From: Atractiella rhizophila
Taxonomy: Eukaryota
Direction: 5' to 3'
Assembly: GCA_021432655.1 (NCBI GenBank)
Contig: MU271611.1
Coordinates: forward strand, 1-39,432
DNA: 39,432 nt
Made by a program: the position numbers and the translations under genes. Position 1 is the stretch's first letter; every line of letters starts with the position of its first letter. This document shows, piece by piece, positions 1 through 12,440 of this stretch. The notes under the pieces are model-generated. The model did not search any database. It worked only from the letters and a program-made list of their open reading frames with translations, and was not told the origin of the DNA.

Positions 1-805
1 ACACCACCCTCACCCTCGGCTTCGAGACGCCGTTGACGTTCTGCCTTTCGCGCGTCTTTCATCGCGCGTTGACTACCGGCGAGAGGCGGAGGACCCCGGT
101 TGGGTTGTGCTGCTGACACGGTGGGTTCTTCGCGAACGCCACGGAGGGCATGGGTTGCAGGCGGGGTGGTGGAGAGGACCTGGGCGCGACGGGAGAGGAT
201 GCGCGCGATTTGGTCGAGTTGGGAGTAGGAGGAGGAGAAGACGTCCTCGAAGATGTGCGCGGAACATTGGTCGTCTGTCATCGCTGGATTCTGGAGGAGA
301 GAGAAAGTGTATGTTGCTTGTGGAGGTGTTAGAAAGCTATTTTACATGGGTCAACAGAGATAAGAGACGAAGAGTGCAGTGAGAAGAGGAGACGTACGAT
401 TTCAGCCATCCCAATACATCTTCTCCTGAACCAGCTGTGGCCGCAGCGGCAGACGAAGATATCTCATTCGTTCCTGCCTTGCTAATGTCGACCTCCTTGC
501 TAAGATCGATCGTTCGCGGGTCAGGTCCATCCCTCACTTTCAATGATCCGTCTCTCCAACTCTTGAGCAAGTCTAGCTCCTCCTCCTCCTCCTCATCGAG
601 GTCTTCCTCTTCCCTGTCAAATCAATCAGCTTCATATACAGCTGTAAACAACGACGCACTGATCGTCATTTAAAGGCAAAGTAGACGGAGGAGCACCTGA
701 CGATCGGACGGCTGCGAGGGCTGAGTGGAAGCGCGTCGTCGCAGTGGAAAGCACGAATTGGTCGGTGTAGAGCAGCTCGTCGAGGTGATCCTGGATCGAT
801 GTCAT
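1..805 (-). CDS. 5' part of a multi-exon gene that runs off the window; possibly the N-terminus of a Slh1/ASCC3 (Brr2-family) helicase
   Basis: ATG at 805 (MTSIQDHLDELLY...). GT-AG introns at about 659-614 and 396-338 give a continuous frame ...LLQNPAMTDDQCSAHIFEDVFSSSYSQLDQIARILSRR...SQRAMKDARKAERQRRLE. The family call rests on a loose resemblance to the N-terminal helical region of Slh1/ASCC3; no helicase motif lies inside the window. Confidence 0.55.
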
Positions 806-1069
806 CCGCTTTCAGGTAACTTCTTTATGCAAACAGCTGGATGGATGTTGTGGAGCAGCTTCTTGGCAGCGAAGCAGGTCGACGCTGCTTTTAAGTTGCA
901 GTTGGAGAGCTGATGATTCGAGTCGGGATGCGCCGCAACACAGTTAGCCGACACCATCTCCCCGTGGTCCTTGCCCTTAGTCACGATACACTACGGCATC
1001 AACACAAGTATTTCTGATCACTGATCAGATTGCGCTTGTTCTCCTGATCCCGAACAAAATATTTTGTAA

Positions 1070-3649
1070 ATGGCGGAGGATACATCGTTCCCATTCTCCT
1101 TCTCGGAGCGCGTGAAGGACGACATAACAAAGCTCGAGTGGGTACCATTACATCCAAGTAGACTTGTTGAGACTGATTCACGTGTGTAGTGGTAGGGCGT
1201 CCCATCTTATTTCTCTGTATCTGAGCATGCGATCTAACTTCAAGTGGTTACTTCAAAGTGTGGACGATCATGTCCCCCTCGTCAGGGTACATTCCCTCTG
1301 TGAGCTTCTCCTTCTTTTCCAAAGCATTCCGCCTGTTTTGACATGTCAATCGGTGGTGTAAAGGATACAGTGAACCTCGGACAAGGATGTAACTGACTTT
1401 CTATCACGATCGCATCTCCAGCGCTGACATGCGCCAAATATGCAGTCATGAACTGGCTCCCACGTCAGCTCCTTTCTACACTCTTCTTCCGCATCCTGAC
1501 ATGACACCAGCGTCTTTCCTACGCTCCGCTCTCGAGGACGCGATAAAGCAGGTGGATACCAATCACTACAGGTCCCGTCGTCCCCTCCTCTCCTCTCCTC
1601 TAGCCCTCAATCAATCACTGCGCTGATGATACGGTCTACGACAGCCATCCCCGTGGTCGTTTGAGGTTGAGGAATGCGCTGTCGGAGTATCTGTCTCCCA
1701 CTTTATCGTCCTCGCTGGGGAGAAAGTTAGACACAGCATCTGAGATCGTGGTCACTGCCGGTTCGTGTCCCCCTCCTCCTTTCCTACGTTTTGGTTCATG
1801 ATCGGATGTATGGATTATAGGCGCAGATGAAGGCATACATGCTTTCTTTACTGCTTTCTTGAACAAAGGGGACGAAGTCATCCTCTTCGAGCCCTTCTTC
1901 GACCAAGTATGTCTCCTCCCTCCATCCCTCCCATATTCCCCTTCCATATCGTAAAACCGACGTTACCTCTGATGCGTTATTTATTTATGAAGTACATCGC
2001 AAATGTGAAATATAATGGAGGAACACCAATCTTCGTTCCTCTCCATCCACCGCCACGATGCTCGTCAACGACGATTCCGGCGAGCGAATGGATGATAGAC
2101 ATGGATGAATTCCGAGCTGCGATCACGGGTCGTACAAAAGCTATCATACTAAACAATCCGCACAATCCGTTCGTCTCCCTCCCTCCTCGCTCACCATCTC
2201 CTTCTCTCTCTGCTTGTTGAAGGGAAAGGATGCACTGACATTCGGGTCTGCGTCAATGTTGGTGTAGGGTGGGGAAGATATTCAGTGAAGAGGAACTGAG
2301 GGAAATCGGGAAGGTAGCGGAGGAATTCAACCTCTTGATCCTAAGCGACGAGGTGGTGCGTATCTCTCCTCCTCGTTGATATCAAGCAACCATCGACCTA
2401 TTATGAACAGTACGACTGTCTAGCCCTGAACGGTCCGTCCATCCCTCCTTCCCTTCACTTCCCACAACATACCGCTCATTGATCCCCATTTGCGTTCATT
2501 GTCAGACGAAAAGTTCACACGCATAGCTGCGGTCGACGATTTGTGGAAGAGGACGGTGACCGTTGGGAGCGGGGTATGTTTCCTTAGTTTTAACGACCAA
2601 AACGCCAGCAATGCGACCTCGAGCGCGATCGATGTTGACGCTAACATATTTTTGATTGATTTTGGGAAATGTGGGATCGTAGGGCAAGACGTTCGCTGCG
2701 ACGGGATGGAGAATCGGGTGGTGTTTTGGGCCGGAGTACTTGATACAACCTCTCCTTTCTGGTACGTACCAACTTCTCCTCCATCTGAATCAGTGGAGGA
2801 CAAGTGAATTGATATGTCTGTTTGGGTGATATTACAGCGACGTAAGACCTTCTAACATCTGACAAAGTGGCCATTGAACAGTAAACATTTTAGGACGCGC
2901 ATAGTCTTTTGTTGTAACGTATGTCTTTTTCTCCTGTTTCTAATTTGTCCTAACTTAGGAGACAACTGAAACGTGAAACGCAGTCGCCATGTCAAGAAGC
3001 CATGGCTGTCGGACTCGAGGTCGGAATGAAGAATGGATTCTTCGATCGTCAACGTGCTGAGTACGCGGAGAGGTTGCAGGTGGTGAAGGAAGGCTTGGAC
3101 GAGTTGGGAGTGCGTATCCCCTTCCATTAACTTTAGGTTAGCTTCGAAAGCTTATCATGCGTCGTAGCTGCCATATACCATTCCACAAGGTAATATCTTT
3201 CTCTCGTGTAAAGGATACCGTGTGTTGACCAAGGCTTGCATTTGTAATGGCAGGAGGATACTTCGTCCTCGTTTGCACCGAGTCTGTCTCTTCCCTCCAT
3301 CTGAGCCCAAAGACATAGATATTGAAGTGGGGAAACAGCAAACTGAACATCCCAGATTCATTCGAAGCGGATCCAATCGTCAGTCCCTCTCCCCCTATTA
3401 CTTCTATTACTTCTTCATTGCTCATGCACACACGAATATGTACAGGTCAAAGGCTTTGCTGCCGATTACCGCACTTCCTTCTTCATCACACAAACCGCCG
3501 GCGTGGTGTCCATCCCTGTGAGCGCCTTCCACTCAGAAGCGCATTGGGGGATTGGGGAACACTTTGTTCGACTATCTTTCGGCAAGGATTTGCAGACGCT
3601 TAGGGAGGGCATGGAGAAATTGAGAAAGCTGAAAGTTTATTTGAAATAG
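1070..3649 (+). CDS. BNA3: PLP-dependent class I aminotransferase, kynurenine aminotransferase / glutamine transaminase K type (many exons)
   Basis: Spliced motifs in order: MAEDTSF...VWTIMSP, VNLGQG, HPRGRLRLRNAL, EIVVTAG, DEVILFEPFFDQY, IILNNPHNP, LILSDEVYD, PLP-lysine motif GKTFAATGWRIGW (~2682-2718), PQGGYF, FVRLSFGK. Stop TAG at 3647-3649. Confidence 0.9.
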
Positions 3650-3857
3650 GGTACTAATTAACATTCCATTGATAACATTCATCATGTTGCTTGTACCCAG
3701 TACACTCTGAGTCGTCACGAAATCTGAGTAGATAGGTACAATAAGTCCACAAGTTAGTTCGCATAAGAAACAGTCAAGCAATGAACATTTTAGATTCAAC
3801 AATTATTGGCAAATAACTTAGAGGGACAACGTTTACAGATATGATAAGATCCAAAGT

Positions 3858-6800
3858 CTAGTGTGTTTCGCCTTCTGGTCCGCTCCTTTGGACGACGTTG
3901 GCAACAATGGCCGCTGCTTTCGTGTTGCGCTAGATTCTACCTCAGTCCAGGTACTTGAGCAAAAGAGTTGGAAGACCCACCTCCTCCTGCGTAAGTTGCT
4001 CCTTCGGAACGTCAGCATAAGGCACGTCCTGTCCACCCTTGGGGTTATTCTCGTCCTTCCCATTGACCAGCTCCTGCTTCTTCGGCGGTTCACCGTTGGC
4101 GCCAGTATGCACCCCCTCGAGCTTCTTCGCCATTGCTTCGATGTGCTTCCCATGCTTCTTCTCTTCTTCTTGTTCGACCTCCTTCTTGGTGGGTTTCTGC
4201 AAAACCTTGTGCTGCACCGCCGTGGAGGCTTTCTGTTTCTTCTTCTTCAAAGCGGCATATTTCTCGATCCCACCGATGATCATTAAGCTTTTTGAGATGT
4301 TTACCCTGCCGGCGCCTTCAGCACTGAGCGCACACCGAAGGAAGTAAACATACGCTCTCATGTCCACCCCCTGTTTTTCGAGATGACTGCAAATTTGTTT
4401 GAAGTGAGCGGTTCCAGCTCGATAATGGCCTGAAAGAGGTGATAAAGACTTGAGTTGACCTATCACGTCGCCTCAGCATCAAAAAAATAATGAGGATGGG
4501 ACCACGTACCATTTCGTACTCGACACAATCCTGCGGCCCGTACCCGAGAACCAAATAGGAAGGAAGAATGCTGGAACGTTCCGGTCTCTTTCAGGCCGAT
4601 GTAGAGGTTATAGTCCTAAATGGTTCATTACCCCAACTCTCGTGAGAAAAAGAGGTTTGGTACCAAATCAGCCACGAAAATCCACCTGGAGTGCTAGGTC
4701 AGCTCGAGGCGGAGGGAGAAAACAGACTCACATGTTTCCTCGTAGCGTCTTCCGTAGCAGCATGTCCATAACCGCCTGGTAGCTCTTCAGCTTTATCTTG
4801 TTAGCCTAGACTGAAATCCTACTCTTGGAGAGACCCAATAAGTCGCTCTGCCAACTTTCCCCTCGCCTTCCTTATGGCTATCGTAATGACCTACGTTATG
4901 TTCTTTCTCCCCAGGACCGTACTCCCCTGAATGTAGGTTAAGCTGTCAGATTTTTTCGTTGAGAAGACTCTTCATACCACCGCTAGAATAGTCAGAGCTT
5001 GACTCAGAAGAACTAGCTCGCCGCTTCAAGTTCAGAGCATTAGCCATGCGCGCCGTCTTCGACTTTGGTGACTTTGATCTAGATAGCACATCGAGGACGT
5101 TACCGTGTTCCGGGAACTGAGATTCGTTCTTCTTTTTCGGAGCTACGGTTGTAACTGAGTCAACCAGATGCATCAGGGGATGCAACAAAACTTACCAATC
5201 CCTTTCCCCTCTGGTAGATTTTCGTACTGCCGACTGGTGTTTACCCTTTCACCATTTCGTGCCCAGACCAAGAGCCCTGTCCATGCCAGTTTAGACCATG
5301 ACGACGATGGAGTGTAGAAAACAGGCCACACCTTCTTCATTCACAAGAACGAGATAGTTCCGCCGCTGCTCCGCATTGAGGTAGACAAGTTGTTCTTTCT
5401 CCAATCGTTCCCGAGGACATTGAGGAAGATCCAAATCCTTTCCACCACCGTGATCTAACCACTAATTTGGCGGTCAACAATGGATGAAAGTATGCCTTAA
5501 TTGCCGCACGTAAAAGAAGTTCTCAGTGGTATCGGATTTATTGTTCCACTGTGATAACCTTCAGCTCAAGAGTCAACGCAGCGACGGGAAAATCACATAG
5601 TCATGATAGTGCCTGAGGTTTACTCAGTTTCAAAAAGACAAAAGGACTGAGAGGGGGAGACTCACTTGAGATTGGCGCCATATCGATGCTTCATATCTAC
5701 AATCTCGAGCCAATATTGAGGTTCCATATCCTTGCTCAACCCATTCTCTTCGTGATCATCCGGATGTTCCAGGTCTACATGTCCTTCTGCAATTCTCTGG
5801 GCGTAGAAACCACCGCGTTTCCACCTGGTCGTTGACCTTCAAAAATCACTCGCAATTGGTCGAACGTTTGCATACCTAGAAGCTGGATCGTTCTTTCCGT
5901 CAGCGGTTTCAGCATCATGAGACTGCTGCTCCAACTTGCCAGCTACAAGGTGAGGTGGTTAGCGACATCGAACTCTCGGGAGCAGGGACTAATAGAAACG
6001 AACCCGTGATGGCATCTCCCCACCTCTGCTCATGCTTCGTTCCCCTCTCAAACTCAGCTCTCCCTTCATCGTACCTTCTCTTCCTTCGGCGTATAATGGT
6101 CCCTGAAGGTTGTGGCCGCCGTAGATTCAAGCCATCAAGGGAGCGGCGTTCTGCATATCCCCTGGAATTTGGATGAGCAAGAGTCATGAAGACAACAGGA
6201 CTGAAGGTTGCTGATTCAATTAAAGCAGCACATTCTAGTGCTGGTATCCAGCTTAACACGGCAAGGACAACAGACACTGGATTCAGAGAGTTGTCAGATA
6301 TTCAAAGCAAATAGCTGGCAACCCTGCTCGACGCAAGCTTGTGGTGTTGAGTTTGTGTGACCCATCATCACCTGAAAGCGAGAAATATGATTAGATTGAA
6401 AACTGAAGCAGGAACGGTGTTAGGGATGAGCTCGTCTCTCTTCGCCTCGTTCAGTGGCCTAAAAATAGCATGCGGCACTTTTTCGAAAGTGAATTGGAAT
6501 TCATTCTTTGGGGTTACTCCATCTACAGAATGGCAGTGATAGATTCAATGACAAAACACTCATCTCCTATCGATTGGCTTTGAAAGCTCGAAGAGACTAC
6601 TCAGATATGCAACAGTCTGGTCACGTCTCCAAAGTTCTCATGCTTTCCCAGCATTTCGTGCGGATCGAGATGAATAAATGCTTTATTGGATTTGGATGAA
6701 GCGTTTAGACAGAATGAACTACGCCCTTTAGGGAAAGCATGTAATAAGGCAGTAAAAGTAGCCCAGACCTTTCTTCTTCCAATAATATCCTAGATCCAAT

Positions 6801-6989
6801 AATACAACTGCAGGCTCTCACACTGCCCAATTAGAGCCAGAATACATGACGGACTCACCTGTAAACCCTCTGTAAGAGTCGAGCAGCTCCATCTTTTTTC
6901 TTTTCATCTGCCCCCTTTCCATCGATCGCCTCAGCCCTTGCCGCTTGCCTTACAGGGGACGTGGGTTGTTGGGTCTGTTCTTCAACCAT
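3858..6989 (-). CDS. IQ-motif calmodulin-binding protein, IQM-like family
   Basis: ATG at 6989. IQ-like motif AARLLQRVYR|GYAERR is joined across intron 6858-6162. Family motifs YWLEIVDMKHRYGANLK, GKDLDLPQCPRERLEKEQLVYL, GTFQHSSFL, LSPLSGHYR. Last exon (RNTKAAAIV...ETH*) is inferred from splice signals. Confidence 0.85.
6283..6376 (-). ncRNA. Candidate intronic box C/D snoRNA
   Basis: In the sense orientation of the host intron: box C GTGATGA at 6371-6365, box D CTGA at 6297-6294, flanking TTCAG/CTGAA complementarity, and a pre-D segment TTTGCTTTGAATAT that could pair with an 18S rRNA motif. No clear D'/C' boxes. Confidence 0.25.
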
Positions 6990-7506
6990 GCGCACGAGTA
7001 TTAGGGAGTGCAACTTGGTTGTTTGACAATTTCAACAGCTCTCGTGATTCGGCGCGAGTGAATTGTTGTAGTGATCAAAATCAGTGGTGGATGTTCCCTG
7101 GATGTTCCGTACTTATCTATGACGTAGTTCGATCAGAAGTTGAAGTGTTCACACAAGAACTTGAGAGGCTCTTTCCAATGAAATGTGCGAGGTATGAGAG
7201 GTTATTTTGTTACTTTGATCCGCAGAGGGGATGTTGATTCGCTAGGGACTTGAACAAAATGCCTTCCACATTCGCAGTGGGGTTGCCGATGCTGGCAATT
7301 TCGGTTTCGAGCCTCCCTGGCCTGCTCCACGTCCATTTGGAGAAGACAGTATACATCATGGTATTTGAATTGAAAGAAAGGAAGCGGAAGTGGGGCAAGT
7401 CGCAGGCAAGGAGAGGAACTAAAGTATTGATATCCGTGGGAAATATCTACAGAACTTTCAAGAAGTGTTTTGGGTCCAGGCATTGAATCTATGTCAAACT
7501 CACATG

Positions 7507-8562
7507 TTACAACTCCTCCTTCTTCTTTAGCTCTTTCTCTTTCTCCTTAATATCTTGAACCTTCAAATGATGCTCCAATCTTCTCCTCACTTCCTCATGC
7601 AACACCATCTCTTCAATCTTACCGAAGCTGGTAGAGACCACCTTCTCCACGGGTTCACTATTGAAAATCATTTTGTCATCAGCGGTAATCAAGGTGGTGA
7701 AGAGAGAGCAAACTCGAAGATGAAGGGGAGCGCAGGGATCGTGAGAAGCCCCAGAGACGTTGGTCCCCACGCTTTCAAGAAGGCAGACTGAACATTGGAC
7801 CGCTTGAGAGCTTTAGCGGAGTACTTGACGACCCTAAACCCATACAGCGCGATATCAATGTTACAACGCGTGTTCGTCGGAGCTCAGAAATATAAAAGAG
7901 CAGGAAAAGGGCACGCACGAATGGATAGTAAGAGCAGGGAACAGCATGGAGGCAGTCGCCTGAAAGACTGCTCTTTCTGCCACTCTGAGTCCAATGAAAG
8001 TGTTCTTCTCCCCACTTGTGAGGAACTGAGAGTCAGACTTGTCCTTTAGGATGGGGATAGAGATGGGGAGCGAGCCGTGGGAGGACGGGAGGTGATGGAT
8101 TGGCGGCCGAAGCGAGCGGTGGGCTTTGTAGCCTGTAATGCACATCAAGCTGAGAATATTAAAAATAGACCATGAGACTAGCCTTCGTATGCAACATCTC
8201 CCAGCACGTAGAGCCAAGAGATACCATAAGCACCAGTGACAACAGCAGGCTTCACAACTGGTCGGAAAGCTTCCCCGACATCCGACTAGCCACTACGTCA
8301 CACATCAAGGCAACGTTGAGTAGTGGAAAAACTTACGGTGTACGCAAAATATCTTGCTGCAGGTTGAACGATTGGTCTGATACGCGCGAAAAAAGCGAGG
8401 TAGCGAAGTTTCGTGTCCTTCGTGCTGGTGTCCAAGATTATGGTGACTGTCAAGTGCCTACTTCTTTTCGGAGAAAAGGGAAGCAACACACTCAATCTTC
8501 CCCTCTGTCACCTCTTGTGCAACATCTCCAGCCTCTTTCTCTAGTTTGTCTAACGAAGACAT
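7507..8562 (-). CDS. MTFP1: Mitochondrial fission process protein 1 (MTP18 family)
   Basis: Spliced motifs DTKLRYLAF...RYFAYT, SDVGEAFRPVV, AYGISWLYVLGDVAYEG, VAERAVFQATASMLFPALTIHS, and WGPTSLGL. ATG at 8562, stop at 7507. Confidence 0.9.
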
Positions 8563-9597
8563 GTCAATATTCGCTCTTTGTCACAATGTAGCGTTGGACC
8601 AGAGGCTGAACTAAAGTCCGTGAGCTTAGTGTTTCGTCCTTTCAAACTCAACTCAACCGAAACCGACAACTAACGAACAAGCACTTTCAACTTCCTGAGA
8701 CTCTTGCTTATCCGTGATGTATCCCCCCACGACATGCCAGGACTGGTGTTCTTGGTCCAACATACGTGATGGTGGAGGGACTTCGGCAGAAGACTATGAC
8801 AAGTCGCCTTCTTGACTGTCGTCACTTCCCCTTCCCCCTGCGTTGCAACGCTCGGCTTGCAACTCCCATCCGTTGAGATCCGCTGTTACATAGCTCCGAT
8901 GATGCTTTGATAACAGTATTTTGATTTTCCGGACCAGTTACAGAACCTGTCGGCTGGAAAGAACATTGGACTCAAGGGAAGCTTTCAATCCTCTTCCTCA
9001 GACAACCGAGCTCCGGTACCGACCTTAATGACGCTTCATTTTGACCTGTTCTGGCTGGTTCCTTGAATTACTTGAAGGAAACTGGAGGAAGCCGAGCTTT
9101 CATTGTGATTCGAAATTTCCATTTTCCTCAGACCAGATACAAACATAAGTATGCGTGCTTGGTGTATGTTGGCGTCTCCTCGGAAAATGAGAGGCGGCAA
9201 AAGGTCGGAAGTCGAACGTTCGAATCTTCAACGACCTTGCTAGTGCGCTAACCTTCGTCTCTGTTGTGCTTGAATGTAAAGGAGATGGAAATTTGAGGAC
9301 AAGAGTGGGCGTTAATATGAAACCGATCAGCACAGGACTTGCGGACAGACGGACGAGACGAAAGATTCCGGTTTGCACTTAAAAGCAGGAGTTCTTGAAC
9401 ATGGCTGCTCTTCAAGTTCTCATCTTTTGGCAAGCCAACTTCTTCGAACGCTCCATCGAATCAGTCCTTCTTTTCGCGCCTTCTTTCAACCACACCACAC
9501 TTACGTTCAATCTTTTACGCAAGTTGTTATCCTTTGCAAGCAAAGCCTTTACTCTATCGCTCCCTGTTCTCTTGAATTTTGATTTGATAAGCACAAG

Positions 9598-10543
9598 ATG
9601 CAATTCGTTTTCAGTCTCGCCCTTCTCGCTTCTTCCCTCTTCTCCCTTTCCTTCGCCAGCACAGCAGCTTGCCCGGTCTCGAAGGCTGTCCTTACCCTGC
9701 CGAAGAATCAGACTCAGCTTGTTCTTCCTACTGGACAAGCACCAGTATTTATCGGCCTTGGAGTTGGAACGCAGTACGTGGTCTAATTCTTGTCTCCCTT
9801 CAGTCTCTGACAATTTTGTCTTGTGGGAAGGAACTACACCTGCACCAACGGCGCCTACGTTTCTGCCGGCGCTGTAGCCACACTCTTCGACATCAGCTGC
9901 TTGTACAACACCCCCATCTTTCCCTACGTCCAGGATCTAGCTGTCAAGCTTCCCCTTCCTTCTCCAGGCAGGAAACACCGACGAGCTCCCCCATCAGTCC
10001 CCGGATTTTCCACTTCGGATGTCTCCAGGGTCTCTGGCATCACTGGGTCCATCAAGTCCACTCTGGTTCTCGTGAGCCATTCCCTCATTACGCGTTCAAG
10101 AACGGAATCTGACGGAGATGCCTGGTGAAGGGCACTCATTACTTCGTCAATTACCCTGACCCATCTGGCGCCATTGCCCCTCAATTCGACTTCACGAAGA
10201 GCCAAAGGAAGGCGGATGCGTTCGTAACTGCTCAGAAGAAGGGATCAGTGGCCGCAAAAGATGCGGAAGATGTTGCTTTCCTCCAACTGAATGGTGTCTC
10301 TGGAAACGTGAGTTTGTCAATCTTCTTCAAATCTAGAATTGTTGAAGTAATTGGTTTGCCATTGTGATTATAGCTCGCTAAGACCGTCTTCCGCGTCGAT
10401 ACTGCTCTGGGGCAGCCGCCTAGCTCCTGCACTACCGAAGGAGAGTTGAAGACCGTCAAGTATGCAGCCAAGGTATGTCCTACTGGATCGTATGGATGAT
10501 TAATGACTGACGGCCTGAACTGTAGTACTGGGGATTCGCATAA
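9598..10543 (+). CDS. Secreted DUF3455-family protein (often mis-annotated as malate dehydrogenase)
   Basis: Signal peptide MQFVFSLALLASSLFSLSFAST; motifs IGLGVGTQ|NYTC, GAVATLFDISC, GTHYF, DVAFLQL, VFRVDTALGQPP..C, YAAK|YW. Stop TAA at 10541-10543. Confidence 0.85.
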
Positions 10544-10790
10544 TCGAAGGAATACAGTTTTGGGAATCGGAGAGACTCTGAGTATCAAAGAACCGCAAGG
10601 CGGTCATTTCCTACGCGCGCGTTGGACCCTTGCGAAGATGGATGCTTGCAAGGATATTCTTTGGAGTGAACCTATCAGCCCGTCCTGATCCTTGACATAT
10701 CACGATTTCCACAATCAGGAATCCAAGCATGAATTTCAACGTAAGCGCCGGACAAAACAGTGTAAGGCATTCCAGAAAAAAATATTCTCA

Positions 10791-11890
10791 TCAAAGCCAA
10801 TCCTTCTTCAGTTGTGCTAAGGTGTCGTCTGGGTTCAAGACGGCGTGTCCAATCGTTCTTTCGTCTTCGTAGATCTCATAGTCGTTCCCGCCGTTGAAAG
10901 TCTTATCACCAAAGAAATGGATCTCCTTGAAATTTTCCTTTTCAAGGTGCCTGAGGCAGTAAGTTTTATCCCATCCTACAGCGTATTCCACAATGAGCAA
11001 CGGAAGAGCAGTTGGGGAAAGCAGGTGGAGAAATAGGTGGGAGTTGTGAAGACAAACCAGTAGGGAAGACATCGAAGCTGATTTGCCCGCCAATCGCATA
11101 TGTTAATCCATAGTCGGGAAACTCTTTCTGCAGAGCTGCGATCAAAGCTTTTCTCACTCCTGCTTTCTATATGACCATCCATCCCGATCATCGCCATCAG
11201 TTCATCCCAACGGTGTCAGGAAAGGAACAGACCAGATCGAACTGTTCGAACGCCGCTCGCTCCTCGTTGCTCGCGTTCCTGCCAATGGGAGAGACGTTGA
11301 TCATCCCGTTTCGGAACTCGATGAAAGTGCCTCTGCTCCCATTTCTCTCCATCAATACCAATGACGAAAGTAGGGTGAAGGATTGGCGCACCGCACAATT
11401 GGGATGTCCGTGCGCTCCGATAGCCAACGAAGGATGAATCTCGCCATCTTTGCATACTTCTCTTCTCCCAACCATTTGATGAAGGATTGGGAAGCTAATT
11501 CTTCTCCAAGCTTGTACGCAACGAGTCCATTTTCCGCAAAGCAGTAATCGAACAACTCAAGGACTGCACAAAACGTTTATCGACCACAATCAAATCCTAT
11601 CCTGTTCCCTTTATGCACTACGAGGAGAACGCACCGTTATCCCCCAACTGCTCTTTCTGCTTTACCAAATTACTCCCTCCGACGAAGCCGATGACATACT
11701 TCTGCCTCAAATCTTTTAATGCTTGTAACATCTCAGGTTTTACCAGCCGCCTGGCTTTCGTGAGCGTCTCGTCCACATCGAAGAGGATGACGATATTTCC
11801 CTACCACAATGCAGCAACACTCAGTTGCGAGAATCATCAGGATATAGAGAGCATTACATTTGGCCTGGAAGAGAAATCAGAGGGAGCCAT
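10791..11890 (-). CDS. SEC53: Eukaryotic phosphomannomutase (HAD IIB), paralogue 1
   Basis: [84 protein letters not shown]. Canonical introns. Confidence 0.95.
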
Positions 11891-11947
11891 GCCGTATTAC
11901 TATGTGCGACATTACGTTCAACGCTGGAGGCTAAAGAAGTCGTTCGC

Positions 11948-11988
11948 CGCGTACACGGAACGTACCTTGAAGCGACGGTCACAACTTC
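11948..11988. promoter_or_regulatory. Upstream motif block shared by both PMM paralogues
   Basis: CGCGTAC-n-AACGTAC-n-AGCGACG-n-AACTTC on the + strand, starting 58 nt upstream of the ATG. The same blocks occur at 30179-30217, 55 nt upstream of the second PMM ATG. Confidence 0.5.
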
Positions 11989-12440
11989 GGGATCAAGGTC
12001 TGGCAGGAGAGGAGACAGTGAATGGTCAATGTCAGGCCAAAGAAGCTGACCAGCTGGGATGACAGTAAGAGGAGGAGGACTTCTCGAGGACGAGCTGGCA
12101 CGCTACGTGTTTTAGAGCGACATGTCAAATGCTCCGACTTCCCGCCTCAAGTCAAGCTGTTGCCCATTCCAAATTCCAATCGTTGCTTCTTCGGTAAAGG
12201 TAACAGCACAACACTCTACCCTAGATGATCTTCCTTTCTCCAAAAGTTCAAGTTATCCGTCACCTCCTGCAGTCAATGGAGTTTCGTTGAAGGCCTCAGA
12301 ATGCGTTTTGATTACAGGGAAACATTCCTAAATCTATTAGTTCAAAATGATGATGTCCATTACTAGTAGAGTCGCTGCTGAGCATGTCCTGCTTCTGCCC
12401 AGAGGCCCTGCCACACCACAGGCCGAATGATAGGAAGGAT

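Noticed and set aside
802..1361. Short ORFs at 802-984, 999-1205 and 1164-1361
   Set aside because: They fall in the divergent promoter or overlap BNA3 exons in antisense or off-frame, and show no motifs.
6823..6859. Stwintron (nested intron in the donor) at the start of the IQM long intron
   Set aside because: Two-step splicing would remove one extra G and frameshift the IQ motif, whereas direct splicing already gives the correct frame.
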